Virus record (IMG/VR): IMGVR_UViG_3300024431_000003
Coordinates: 1-61,313 of that record
Length of the DNA stretch: 61,313 nucleotides
Origin: a virus
Lineage: Duplodnaviria > Caudoviricetes
Strand: one strand, 5' to 3'
The notes beneath the pieces are model-generated. The model ran no database searches. It was not told the origin of the DNA and worked only from the letters and a program-made list of their open reading frames with translations. How positions within the stretch are numbered: position 1 is the first letter of the stretch; each line of letters begins with the position of its first letter. Position numbers and translations under genes: made by a program. This document shows positions 35,869 through 44,835 of this stretch, one piece after another.

Positions 35869-36177
35869 CTAGGCTCTCTTCTTAGTTGCTATGCGCCTCT
35901 TCCGTGGTTTCTTCATGGTTCGCTCGGTGATGAACTCATCCATCCGGTTCCGTATGAGTTCCTGAACACTTACTCCATCGAACTCCGCTATCGCCTTCAG
36001 TATGAGTATGCTCCTCGCTTCGAGATACAATGGATACTGTGTCTTGGTGCGCAAGGGAACCGCTTCAGCTACGCGCAGAGCCTCGCGGAACTTTGGCTCG
36101 GCTGTCTTGAGCCGGTCTTTCTGCTCTTGCTCTCGTAGTTCTTCACGCCAGTTGTCACTCGCTCTTGCCTGTTTCAT
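35869..36177 (-). CDS. Ribbon-helix-helix (CopG/Arc-like) DNA-binding protein
   Basis: KTQYPLYL...LKAIAEFDGVSVQELIRNRMDEFI; GAGGAG RBS. Confidence 0.6.
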   Translation of the reverse strand: MKQARASDNWREELREQEQKDRLKTAEPKFREALRVAEAVPLRTKTQYPLYLEARSILILKAIAEFDGVSVQELIRNRMDEFITERTMKKPRKRRIATKKRA

Positions 36178-36234
36178 GGTACTCCTCCTCGGGTATGTAC
36201 TGGTGTTATCGGCCAGATGTGCGGCCGGATGCGT

Positions 36235-36264
36235 AGTATATAGGCTACCCCGATCTGATGGCAA
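36235..36264 (-). promoter_or_regulatory. Sigma70-like leftward promoter
   Basis: TTGCCA-N18-TATACT upstream of the RHH/primase operon. Confidence 0.5.
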
Positions 36265-36314
36265 GTGACTAATTTTACAGGGTATCTTGCCGAGCGCTCA
36301 ATGCCGCGCGACAC

Positions 36315-36512
36315 GATACGATGCTCATACGCCGATACGGATCATACGCTTGATCTGCATTGTATTACAGTCTGCGCAGTACCCTTGACAGTACATGGTG
36401 TACTACTACTCTTTCAACTAACTATAGTACCTCTATAAGTATAAGTAGCGTATCAGCGTATGAGTAGTATTACCGGCACTCCCAGTCGTATCGTCATCGT
36501 ATCGTTCGTATC
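36315..36512. repeat. Inverted arrays of SATACG/CGTATS hexamers around an AT-rich core (candidate origin or operator)
   Basis: Four copies at 36315, 36326, 36334 and 36343; five inverted copies at 36449, 36457, 36487, 36498 and 36507. Confidence 0.6.
36385..36412 (+). promoter_or_regulatory. Possible sigma70-like rightward promoter
   Basis: TTGACA-N16-TACTCT upstream of terS. Confidence 0.4.
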
Positions 36513-36700
36513 GCATTGCTGCGCGCCCTCGCACGGTACATCATTCTTGCCCAAGGAGAGCGGGTCACTCAACAGTTCCACTCCGCTGCAATGAGTCAAC
36601 GGTACTTCCTCCTCGTTGTCGCACAGTGAGCTTCGGCTCACGTCGAGTTCCCGCTGGACAGTGGTCTGCTCTCCCCTTCATTCAACTGGGAACTCAATGC

Positions 36701-37387
36701 GTGACACGCAAGAAGACATCGAAGAAGGCAGCGAAGAAGCGCAAGTCGGCGCCGAGCGCCGGTCGGAACACTTCGCGCGCGAGGCAGAAGAAGAAGGTCG
36801 TCAAGAAGGCGAGGACGAAGGCAACGAAAGCGGAGAGGAGAGCGTCACGACCACAGAACAGAAAGCCTCAGACGAACGGCTCAGCTCACGGCGAGATCGT
36901 GGACCTGTTCCCATGCGAAACGAACATCACGGACATGACCCCGAAGCAACTGCACGAGCTGAAGATGGCGTTCTGCCGGACCTACGCTACGAGAGGCATC
37001 ATCCGAGACGCTTGCATAGCGAGCGGCATCTCCAGGCAGACGTACTATCGGTGGAGGAAGAAGGACGAATCCTTTCACGATGCTTGCGTGATGGCAGAGG
37101 AGATGTCTGCCGACCTTATAGAAGGCGAGGCGATGCGGAGAGCGGTGGATGGCTACGACAAGCCGGTCATCTATCAGGGGGAGATCACCGACACGTACAC
37201 GGAGTACAGCGACAGCCTCATGTCCATGCTCTTACGAGGGAACAAGAAAGAGAAGTACAAGGAGCGCACCGAACACAGTGGAGCAATCGGCAGACCTATG
37301 ACCTTGGACACCGAGACGAAGGAGGACGTCGTGGCAAGCATACTGAGCATGATCAAGAACAAGCCGGACCCGGAGGTGACGAGATGA
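36701..37387 (+). CDS. terS: Terminase small subunit with a Lys-rich N-terminus
   Basis: HTH ACIASGISRQTYYRW, EAMRRAVDG..PVIYQG and YSDSL..LLRG..EKYKER; GTG start. Confidence 0.8.
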   Translation: MTRKKTSKKAAKKRKSAPSAGRNTSRARQKKKVVKKARTKATKAERRASRPQNRKPQTNGSAHGEIVDLFPCETNITDMTPKQLHELKMAFCRTYATRGIIRDACIASGISRQTYYRWRKKDESFHDACVMAEEMSADLIEGEAMRRAVDGYDKPVIYQGEITDTYTEYSDSLMSMLLRGNKKEKYKERTEHSGAIGRPMTLDTETKEDVVASILSMIKNKPDPEVTR

Positions 37388-37499
37388 CGTGTCCGACGTG
37401 CGGAAGAACGAAGTATCATTGGGGAGGATGCGCGGATCAGAACGCTCTGCTCGGCTATCCTTATGGGAAGCACCCGATACCATATCCGAGGAGACGAGC

Positions 37500-37856
37500 A
37501 TGAAGAAGCTACTGATACTCGGAGCGCTGCTCCTGTCACCGCTCGTCCTGGCTGTCGGGGAGAAGACGTTCACGTTCACTCCGCCGACGGAGTACGAGGA
37601 TGGGACGCCGCTGCCTCAGTCTGCGATAGAGTCGTATGACATAGAGTGTGACGGCTCACTGCTGGTGAACCTGCTGAACATACCTTTGAACCGCGAGGAG
37701 TACGTGGCTCCTCCGGGGACCTTCGCTGTCGGGACGCATGCGTGTCAAGCGTTCACCATCACAACGGAGGGAGAGCGCTCGGGTCCGAGTAACACCGTAA
37801 ATTTTACTGTCGACCCGGGAGTACCGGGTCCTCCAATCAACTTTGTCGTTCAGTGA
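37500..37856 (+). CDS. Secreted FN3/Ig-like protein
   Basis: MKKLLILGALLLSPLVLA signal; PTEYEDGTPL and ERSGPSN..PGPP FN3-like motifs. Confidence 0.65.
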   Translation: MKKLLILGALLLSPLVLAVGEKTFTFTPPTEYEDGTPLPQSAIESYDIECDGSLLVNLLNIPLNREEYVAPPGTFAVGTHACQAFTITTEGERSGPSNTVNFTVDPGVPGPPINFVVQ

Positions 37857-37895
37857 CACCAAGGAAACGAAGCGGATGCTCGTTCTTCAGATGAC

Positions 37896-38054
37896 ATGAC
37901 AACGAAGGCTATACTGCCGAGGAGACAGGGAACGGGGAAGCACCGAACCGTCGGCATGAGTGAAGAGACACCTGAGTTCAAGGCTCGGGTGAAGAAGAAC
38001 CGAAGACGCAACAAGCTCGCGAAGAAAGCGAAGCAAGCGAATAGGAGGAAGTGA
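37896..38054 (+). CDS. Small basic protein (not in the ORF track)
   Basis: ...KKNRRRNKLAKKAKQANRRK; stop overlaps the next start. Confidence 0.5.
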   Translation: MTTKAILPRRQGTGKHRTVGMSEETPEFKARVKKNRRRNKLAKKAKQANRRK

Positions 38055-38680
38055 TGCAAGAGGAAGAGACGACAGCAGTAGAACAGGCACCCGAGTACGA
38101 ACCGTCCGAGCAAGACATAGCGGCGGGAGTGTGTCCGGAGTGCAAGGGAACGGGAGGACACCATCACATGAACTGTGAGCATCTGAAGAAGGAGGATGGA
38201 GCAGACCTGCATGGTCTGGGTGAGCAGAGTGAGCTTCCGGATGGTCACTACGATGAGGAGAGGACAACGAGCGCGAAGCTTCCGCCGAGCGCGGAGGCGT
38301 TGATGGGGAGTGACATGCTCTGGCTGATAGCGAAGCTCTGTCATGAAGTGAACCGACAGTTCTGTGCCGGAGTGACCCAGGACTTCAGTCACAAGCCGTG
38401 GGATGACGCTCCAGCATGGCAACGTCAGAGCGTGTACTCCGGCGTCGTTCACTACCTGGAGAACCCGGGACTGACACCAGAGCAGAGCCATCAAGCGTGG
38501 CTCGACTATAAGGTGGCGGATGGATGGACGTTCGGCAACACGAAGAACGCGGCTGCGAAGACGCATCCGAACCTCGTGCCGTTCGCTCAGCTTCATATCC
38601 ACGAGAGAGCGAAGGATGCTCTCTTCACGGCTATCTGCAAGACGATGCTCGGAAGCGTGATAGCAGAGGACGAAGGATGA
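38051..38680 (+). CDS. RyR domain-containing protein with an N-terminal Zn motif
   Basis: IAKLCHEVNR..PEQSHQAW..GWTFG..KTHPNLVPFAQL..KDALF. Confidence 0.8.
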   Translation: MMQEEETTAVEQAPEYEPSEQDIAAGVCPECKGTGGHHHMNCEHLKKEDGADLHGLGEQSELPDGHYDEERTTSAKLPPSAEALMGSDMLWLIAKLCHEVNRQFCAGVTQDFSHKPWDDAPAWQRQSVYSGVVHYLENPGLTPEQSHQAWLDYKVADGWTFGNTKNAAAKTHPNLVPFAQLHIHERAKDALFTAICKTMLGSVIAEDEG

Positions 38681-38802
38681 TGTGGTTCATCACAACGAGT
38701 TACTCGTACGTGAATCCGCGCGGAGTGATGGAGCATGTCAGCTTCGTTGCTAGGTTCCCTCGTGCCGCGTGGATATACTGGAGACTGATGCGCAATGCCT
38801 GA
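38677..38802 (+). CDS. Small hypothetical protein
   Basis: Coupled ATGATG start; fills the gap to terL. Confidence 0.4.
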   Translation: MMWFITTSYSYVNPRGVMEHVSFVARFPRAAWIYWRLMRNA

Positions 38803-40357
38803 CCTCGCTCAATTCAGCGCGTTCGATTACAGAGCTATCCCGAAGATAGACCTGGACGCGTTGCCGAAGGCTCTCGTGCAGTACAAGACAGACCTGCTCG
38901 CATTCAGCGAGGAGGAGTTACTCTACCTTCGGTGGCGTATGATGTGGAAGTCGCTCGCACGACAGAAGCAACTGCCACCGAAGGAGTTTGAGGAACTAGA
39001 GAAAACGATTTGGGGAATCCGGAGTGGACGAGGCTTCGGCAAAACACTAGCGGCGGCGAACTGGCTCGGTGGAGAGGCGGCAGAATTGCCTGGACTATAC
39101 GCGATAGTCGCTCCGACACATGACGACGTTCGCTATACATGCTTTGAAGGACCGACAGGCCTCTACTCTGTGATTCCCCACTCTCTCATCGCTGACACGA
39201 ACAGTCAGCTCCCGTCATGCACACTATGGAACGGCTCATTCATACGTGGCTTCGCCGGCGATACTCCGGAACGATTACGTGGACCTCAGCATCACAAGGC
39301 ATGGTGTGATGAGATCGCTTCGTGGAAGTACCCTCAGGATGCGTGGGACAACCTCTGGTTCGGCCTTCGTCTCGGTGATAACCCTCAGGTCCTCTGGACC
39401 GGAACACCGAAGCCGACGCCGTTCATGCGCCGACTGGTCGCTGATGTGAACAGTGTCACCGTCGTCGGCAGCACCTACGAGAACCGCGAGAACCTGACGA
39501 AGGTCTTCTTCCAGAACGTGGCGAAGTACGAGGGGACGAAGGTCGGGCGTCAGGAACTATGGGGTGAGATACTGGATCCTGAAGAAGAAGGCATAGTGAA
39601 GCGTAGTCAGTGGAGACTATGGCCGACGAAGAAGCCTCTGCCGAAGTTCACGGTCATCATCATGTCGCTGGACACTGCGTTCAGTGAACGACAGCACGAC
39701 AAGAAGAAGCAGGAGAACGACCCGACAGCGTGTTCAGTGTGGGGATTGTTCATGTACAAGAAGGAGAGCCACGTCATGCTCCTGGATTGCTGGGAGGAGT
39801 GGCTTGGATTACCTGAGCTCATCAAGAGAGTGAAGCGAGAACGTCGGTTGACGTACGGAGACAGTGATGAGCCGCTCCTGCGACCGAAGGGTATCCGTGC
39901 GAAGAACAAGCCGAAGCATCAAGGCAAGAAGGTTGACATGATACTCATCGAGGAGAAGGCGAGTGGTATCAGCCTGAGACAGAGCCTCGCTGTTGAGGAC
40001 GTCCTCACTCACGGATACAATCCAGGCAAAGCAGACAAGCTCACGCGTCTACATCTGACCTCACCGATGTGGGCGCATGGTCGTGTCTGGGCTGTTGAGA
40101 GCGACAGCGTACCTGATACTCCGAAGACGTACATGGATCCACTGATCACTCAGGTCTGTTCGTTCATCGGGGAGGGAAGCATTGAGCGCGATGACCTGCT
40201 GGACACCACGACCCAAGTGATGCGCGTCTTCATGGATGAGTACATCGGAGCGCTGACTATCAAGAAGGATCCGGTGGAAATGAAGAGGCAAGAGGCTCGG
40301 ATGAGAGCAGAGAAAGCTAAGAGAGCCGCGAAGGGAGGGAACCCGTATGACGGTTGA
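38795..40357 (+). CDS. terL: Terminase large subunit
   Basis: SGRGFGKT, RLRGPQ, WCDE, TGTP; nuclease motifs SLDTA, IEEKASG and DDLLD. Confidence 0.95.
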   Translation: MPDLAQFSAFDYRAIPKIDLDALPKALVQYKTDLLAFSEEELLYLRWRMMWKSLARQKQLPPKEFEELEKTIWGIRSGRGFGKTLAAANWLGGEAAELPGLYAIVAPTHDDVRYTCFEGPTGLYSVIPHSLIADTNSQLPSCTLWNGSFIRGFAGDTPERLRGPQHHKAWCDEIASWKYPQDAWDNLWFGLRLGDNPQVLWTGTPKPTPFMRRLVADVNSVTVVGSTYENRENLTKVFFQNVAKYEGTKVGRQELWGEILDPEEEGIVKRSQWRLWPTKKPLPKFTVIIMSLDTAFSERQHDKKKQENDPTACSVWGLFMYKKESHVMLLDCWEEWLGLPELIKRVKRERRLTYGDSDEPLLRPKGIRAKNKPKHQGKKVDMILIEEKASGISLRQSLAVEDVLTHGYNPGKADKLTRLHLTSPMWAHGRVWAVESDSVPDTPKTYMDPLITQVCSFIGEGSIERDDLLDTTTQVMRVFMDEYIGALTIKKDPVEMKRQEARMRAEKAKRAAKGGNPYDG

Positions 40358-40697
40358 ACAACTGATCTGTCCTGATTGCGGTGACGAGCATGAAGGTGAT
40401 GTAGAGATGGGAGAGATTGAGTTCTGCGAACTGCATGACGGCGAGATACGGATGGCTCTCATTCAGCGTGGCTTCGGGGAGGACCTGGAGCTTGATAAGG
40501 AAGAGCGAAGGGATCGGTTCCTTGATGGTCATCCTGACGCGCTCGTAGCTATCAAGAACCGTCTGGTCATGGGATGCCTCCAGACGTTCGGCGGCGACAT
40601 GATACTCTCGAACAATGGATGCCCGGTCTGCGTGTTTCATAGTGTGATTGAACAGGCTGCGGACGGGGTCGCAGTGGAACGGACGAGGAAGAACTGA
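40347..40697 (+). CDS. Hypothetical Zn-binding protein
   Basis: CPDC, CELH and CPVC motifs. Confidence 0.6.
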   Translation: MTVEQLICPDCGDEHEGDVEMGEIEFCELHDGEIRMALIQRGFGEDLELDKEERRDRFLDGHPDALVAIKNRLVMGCLQTFGGDMILSNNGCPVCVFHSVIEQAADGVAVERTRKN

Positions 40698-41320
40698 TGG
40701 CTAAACTCGCCGGCCTCAAACGGTTCATCCCGCTCCCTCCGAAGCATGAGGAGCTGAAGCGACTGAGGAAGCTCCAGGAGAAGTACATCACGAGCCTGGA
40801 CAAGGATCAGCTCGGAGCTCTGGAGAGCCATCTCATTGGACCATACGAGAGCATGGAGTTCGGATACACGGGAGGATACGGCACAGAGGAACTCGCACAG
40901 AGAATGGATGCCATCATCTCCGGAGCTCCACGAATGAAAGACCCGATGACGGTGTACCGTGGTTCATCCCGGAGGAGAATGATACCGGAGAACGAGTACC
41001 CGCTCACAACGACCATTGATCCCACTCACGCGGAAACGTATGCCGAAGGATGGGCAGGAGACCGAGGTCTGTTCAATGAGATTGAAGTACCTGCGGATGC
41101 TCCGGCTCTGGCGATACCTGATGAGAAAACGCTTCGCAGACTGACTGGAGAATTGCCTCCGTTCGGTGACGAGATGGAGATCCTGCTACCGAAGAGTGAT
41201 CTTGATCTATTGAAGAAGTACGAACATGGAGAAGCGTGGCCGATGGAGCCTGAACGATTCATAGAATATGAGAAGGTCCGATACAAATCACCATACAAGG
41301 CAGAAGGAGGTCTGGTGTAA
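40697..41320 (+). CDS. ADP-ribosyltransferase (R-S-E clade, Alt/Mod/VIP2-like)
   Basis: TVYRG, LTTT (STS-equivalent), A..Y and EMEILL (ExE). Confidence 0.7.
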   Translation: MAKLAGLKRFIPLPPKHEELKRLRKLQEKYITSLDKDQLGALESHLIGPYESMEFGYTGGYGTEELAQRMDAIISGAPRMKDPMTVYRGSSRRRMIPENEYPLTTTIDPTHAETYAEGWAGDRGLFNEIEVPADAPALAIPDEKTLRRLTGELPPFGDEMEILLPKSDLDLLKKYEHGEAWPMEPERFIEYEKVRYKSPYKAEGGLV

Positions 41321-43905
41321 TGGCAGTTCCACAAGACGAAGTATTTGAGCCGGTCCCCGACAAGGTAACTGACACTGATGATGGCGGAGCCATCGTACAG
41401 ATCAGTGACGAGGAAGGTACTAACAAGACATATGAGTTCTACGATAACATCGTTGAGATGTTGCCGGAGGATGAACTGACGCGGCTCGCCACGCGATTGC
41501 AGAAGAGCATTGACAACGATAAGAAGTCACGCGAGCGTCGCGATAAGGAATACGCCGAAGCGATCAAACGCACGGGACTCGGGAAGGAAGCTCCAGGTGG
41601 CGCGGAGTTCACCGGAGCATCACGAGTAGTCCATCCGATGCTGACCGATGCTGCCGTGGACTACTCTGCTCGTGCGATCAAGGAATTGATGCCACCGAAC
41701 GGTCCAGTGAAGTCGTACATACCTGGAGAGCATACGAGTCCGGACCGATTGAAGAAGGCTGATCGCGTCAAGGACTATATGAACTGGCAGTTCCTGAAGC
41801 AGATGAAAGCCTTCCGTCCAGAGCTTGAGCAGCTACTTCCTCAGCTCGCTCTGTCGGGGTCTCAGTACATGCGACTGACGCCTGACTGGTCCAGAAAGAA
41901 GACACGTCCGGTTCCGCAGTACATTCCGCAAGACCTGATCTACATTCCGTACTCGGCGAGCAACTTCTACACGGCAGAGCGACAGACCTACGCCGAGCCG
42001 GTCACTCAGCTTGAGTTTGAAGACCGAGTGAAGGATGGCATGTACCGTGATATCATGCCGCTCGTTCACGCGCAGCTACCGGAAGAGACCGAAGCACAGA
42101 AGGCAACGGACAAGATAGAAGGGAAGGACAGATACGACTACTATAATGAAGACGGTCTGCGCATAGTATTTGAGATCAACCTGTTCGTTGACATGGAGGG
42201 AGACAGCGAAGGAGACGGCGTCGCTCCGTACCTAGTGAGCATTGATCAGCCGACGAATAAGATCGTCGCGGTCATACGCAACTGGGAACAGGATGATGAA
42301 TACTTCGAACGGATGCAGTGGATCATTGAGTTTCCGTTCATTCCTTGGCGCGGAGCGTACTCTGTCGGTCTCGGTCAGATGATTGGTAGCCTATCGGGTG
42401 CGGCGACAGGTGCGCTCCGAGCCCTTTTAGATAGCGCTCACGTGAACAACATCCCGACGGCCATCCGGCTGAGAGGTGCGAACTTCATGGGTCAGAGTAA
42501 GACTGAGATCCAGGCAACGCAGATCGCAGAGATAGACGGAGGGATTGCCGGCGATGACATCCGGAAGCTACTCATGCCTCTGCCGTTCAATCCGCCGTCA
42601 CCGACTCTGTTCTCACTGCTCGGGTTCCTTGTTGATGCAGGGAAGGGAATGGTTCGTACTACGTTTGAACAGCTAGGCAGTCAGAGTCCGAACATGCCTG
42701 TCGGCACTACCCTCGCGATGATTGAAGAGGGGATGCAGGTCATGTCGGCCATCCATCTCCGAACGTATCACGCGATGAGCATGGTCATTGAGGTACTGTA
42801 TCGCATCAATAAGATGTACCTCACTGATGACGAAGTGGTAGATGAGCTCGGTGAAGTCCTGGCGTATCGTGAAGACTTCCAGGGACCGATGGATGTCGTG
42901 CCGACTGCTGACCCGCAAGTCTTCAGTGATGTTCAACGGCTCGCTCAGCTTCAGATTGTTTCGGAGCGAGCAGCCGCGATGCCTGATCTTTACAATCAGC
43001 GAGCCGTTGAGAAGAGGCTGCTTGAGCGTACGAAGATACCGAATCCGGATGAGTTGCTCATACCGGAAGATGTACCACAGAACCAGAACGCAGTGAATGA
43101 GAATGCAGCAATGAGTCTCGCTCGCCCGGTCGCTGCGTTCCCAGAGCAAGATCACCTCGGGCATCTCCAGGTTCATCTGGACTACCTGCTGAGCAAGGAG
43201 TTCGGGCAGAACCCCGTCATCTCACCGTCATTCATGCCAGCAGTTCTCGCGCACATCAAGGAACACATGGTTCTCTGGTATGTGAACTCCAACTATGAAC
43301 TGTTGATGCAAGCATCAGAGACCGACGAGGAAGGGATGGCATTGATCATGCAAGACCAGGACCCGAAGACGCGCAAGGAGTTGGACAAGACGCTCGCGGC
43401 TGCGTCACCGATGGTCATGGAGCGCTCCGGCGAAGTGTTTGAAGCTCTGCCGCAGATCATCCAGCAGACCATGGAAGCGATGCAGCAGTTCGCTCCGCAG
43501 CCTCCGCCGATACCGATTGATCCGAACGCTCAGGCAGAGACGCAGCGGAAGACGCAGCAGGATGCAATGAAGGCTGAGGCTGAAGCTCGCAAGGATGAGA
43601 CCAAACGTAATGAGCTCGATAAGAAGGAAGGCATCGAGTTCGCTAAACTTTCCGCGGACGAACGCGAACAGTCCGTCGTAACGGCACGTGAACAAGCGAA
43701 GATGGCTTCTGACAGGTCTGCTCGGCTTGAAGAGCTACTCGTGAAGGAACGTGCTGAGGACGAACGTATCGCTACTCAATTAGAGTCTGATGAGCGCAGA
43801 AATACTCAGGACAACCTGACGGCGCTCACTATCTCTGCCGCTGAATTGGAGGCTGGAAACAAGTCGAACCTCAGCACCGGAACGGGAATTAATCCCTCGG
43901 GTTGA
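41320..43905 (+). CDS. Portal protein
   Basis: 861 aa after terL; GASRVVHPML, RVKDYMNWQ, AFPEQDH..H and a coiled-coil barrel C-terminus. Confidence 0.9.
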   Translation: MAVPQDEVFEPVPDKVTDTDDGGAIVQISDEEGTNKTYEFYDNIVEMLPEDELTRLATRLQKSIDNDKKSRERRDKEYAEAIKRTGLGKEAPGGAEFTGASRVVHPMLTDAAVDYSARAIKELMPPNGPVKSYIPGEHTSPDRLKKADRVKDYMNWQFLKQMKAFRPELEQLLPQLALSGSQYMRLTPDWSRKKTRPVPQYIPQDLIYIPYSASNFYTAERQTYAEPVTQLEFEDRVKDGMYRDIMPLVHAQLPEETEAQKATDKIEGKDRYDYYNEDGLRIVFEINLFVDMEGDSEGDGVAPYLVSIDQPTNKIVAVIRNWEQDDEYFERMQWIIEFPFIPWRGAYSVGLGQMIGSLSGAATGALRALLDSAHVNNIPTAIRLRGANFMGQSKTEIQATQIAEIDGGIAGDDIRKLLMPLPFNPPSPTLFSLLGFLVDAGKGMVRTTFEQLGSQSPNMPVGTTLAMIEEGMQVMSAIHLRTYHAMSMVIEVLYRINKMYLTDDEVVDELGEVLAYREDFQGPMDVVPTADPQVFSDVQRLAQLQIVSERAAAMPDLYNQRAVEKRLLERTKIPNPDELLIPEDVPQNQNAVNENAAMSLARPVAAFPEQDHLGHLQVHLDYLLSKEFGQNPVISPSFMPAVLAHIKEHMVLWYVNSNYELLMQASETDEEGMALIMQDQDPKTRKELDKTLAAASPMVMERSGEVFEALPQIIQQTMEAMQQFAPQPPPIPIDPNAQAETQRKTQQDAMKAEAEARKDETKRNELDKKEGIEFAKLSADEREQSVVTAREQAKMASDRSARLEELLVKERAEDERIATQLESDERRNTQDNLTALTISAAELEAGNKSNLSTGTGINPSG

Positions 43906-43958
43906 TCTGGAGTATCGAGAGTTTACAGTCATCATTTTAATGTAACAGGAGAACGACC

Positions 43959-44126
43959 ATGTATGCACGACAGCACTACGTCCTCGCGACGACAGGTAAG
44001 CTCGGCCAGAAGATAGATGGCAAGGGTGCGCCGAAAAGCGGTTCCTCCACTCACGCATCGCATGGGAAGTCCATGAAGAGCGGGGGAAGTGGATCGTACG
44101 GAAGAAAAGGATCGAGCCGAGCATAG
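43959..44126 (+). CDS. Small basic Gly/Ser-rich protein (not in the ORF track)
   Basis: AGGAGAACG RBS; MYARQHYVLATTGKLG...MKSGGSG. Confidence 0.55.
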   Translation: MYARQHYVLATTGKLGQKIDGKGAPKSGSSTHASHGKSMKSGGSGSYGRKGSSRA

Positions 44127-44157
44127 ATACTTGCTCGCTCGTATATAAAGGTGTACG

Positions 44158-44355
44158 ATGCAGATTGAATTGGAACTCTACCTGAGGAAACTCAAGGATA
44201 TGCAAGTTGAGATGGCAGATGCCGCACTCCGACAGCCGAATGAGAAGTCTGAATTCGGATACGGACAGGCGTCAGGAAAGTATCAAGGCTTGTTACTCGC
44301 CGAGCAGTTGTTGATGAATGTGATTGAGGAAATAGCGAATGAACCAGACAAGTAA
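44158..44355 (+). CDS. Hypothetical protein
   Basis: FGYGQASGKYQGL motif, between portal and GroES. Confidence 0.7.
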   Translation: MQIELELYLRKLKDMQVEMADAALRQPNEKSEFGYGQASGKYQGLLLAEQLLMNVIEEIANEPDK

Positions 44356-44812
44356 TCTCTCACTGGCTGATGTCGGAGCGGAAGACCAGCATACGAAGAG
44401 GATATCTCTAGCGTATGAATCTATCGATCAAGCGTTCCCAGACGTTGATCCCGGCTTGAGGCCTTTCGGGTCCAAGGTACTGGTGCAGATCAGGACCCCT
44501 ATGAAGAGAACACGAGGCGGGATTGTAATTCCAGAAGAATCCCGCGATACAGAGTTATGGAACACTCAAGTATCCAAAGTCATAACGCTAGGACCAGTCG
44601 CGTTCCGCGATCGAGATACCCTGAAAGAGTGGCCCGAGGGTCAGTGGGTTCAACCTGGAGCCTTCGTTCGATGCCCGAAGTATGGCGGAGATCGTTGGGA
44701 GGTTCCAGTTCCTAATTCCCAAGATGCAGCGTTGTTCTGCTTGTTCAACGACCTGGAACTTGGTGGAGAAATTACAGGCGACCCGTTAGAGATGGTCGCC
44801 TTCTTGAAGTGA
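44339..44812 (+). CDS. GroES-like co-chaperonin
   Basis: RPFGSKVLV..TRGGIVIP..VITLGP..VQPG..KYGG..FND pattern. Confidence 0.85.
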   Translation: MNQTSNLSLADVGAEDQHTKRISLAYESIDQAFPDVDPGLRPFGSKVLVQIRTPMKRTRGGIVIPEESRDTELWNTQVSKVITLGPVAFRDRDTLKEWPEGQWVQPGAFVRCPKYGGDRWEVPVPNSQDAALFCLFNDLELGGEITGDPLEMVAFLK

Positions 44813-44835
44813 CGCAGACTGAAGGAGTCTAGACA

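Noticed and set aside
36315-36512. CRISPR-like array
   Set aside because: The repeats are 6 bp, irregularly spaced and inverted. The Cas4-like gene sits in an ordinary replication context.
36616-37503. 295-aa alternative-frame ORF overlapping terS
   Set aside because: It shadows the motif-bearing terS frame and has no recognisable features; only its last 39 codons look like a real micro-ORF.
37850-38602. 250-aa antisense ORF
   Set aside because: It is antisense to the RyR-domain gene with no RBS or motifs. The same applies to 32865-33572, 46500-47060 and other antisense ORFs.
44131-44159. Sigma70 promoter TTGCTC-N17-TACGAT
   Set aside because: The -10 element overlaps the ATG of the downstream gene and the -35 lies in a hairpin arm, so it is too ambiguous to call.
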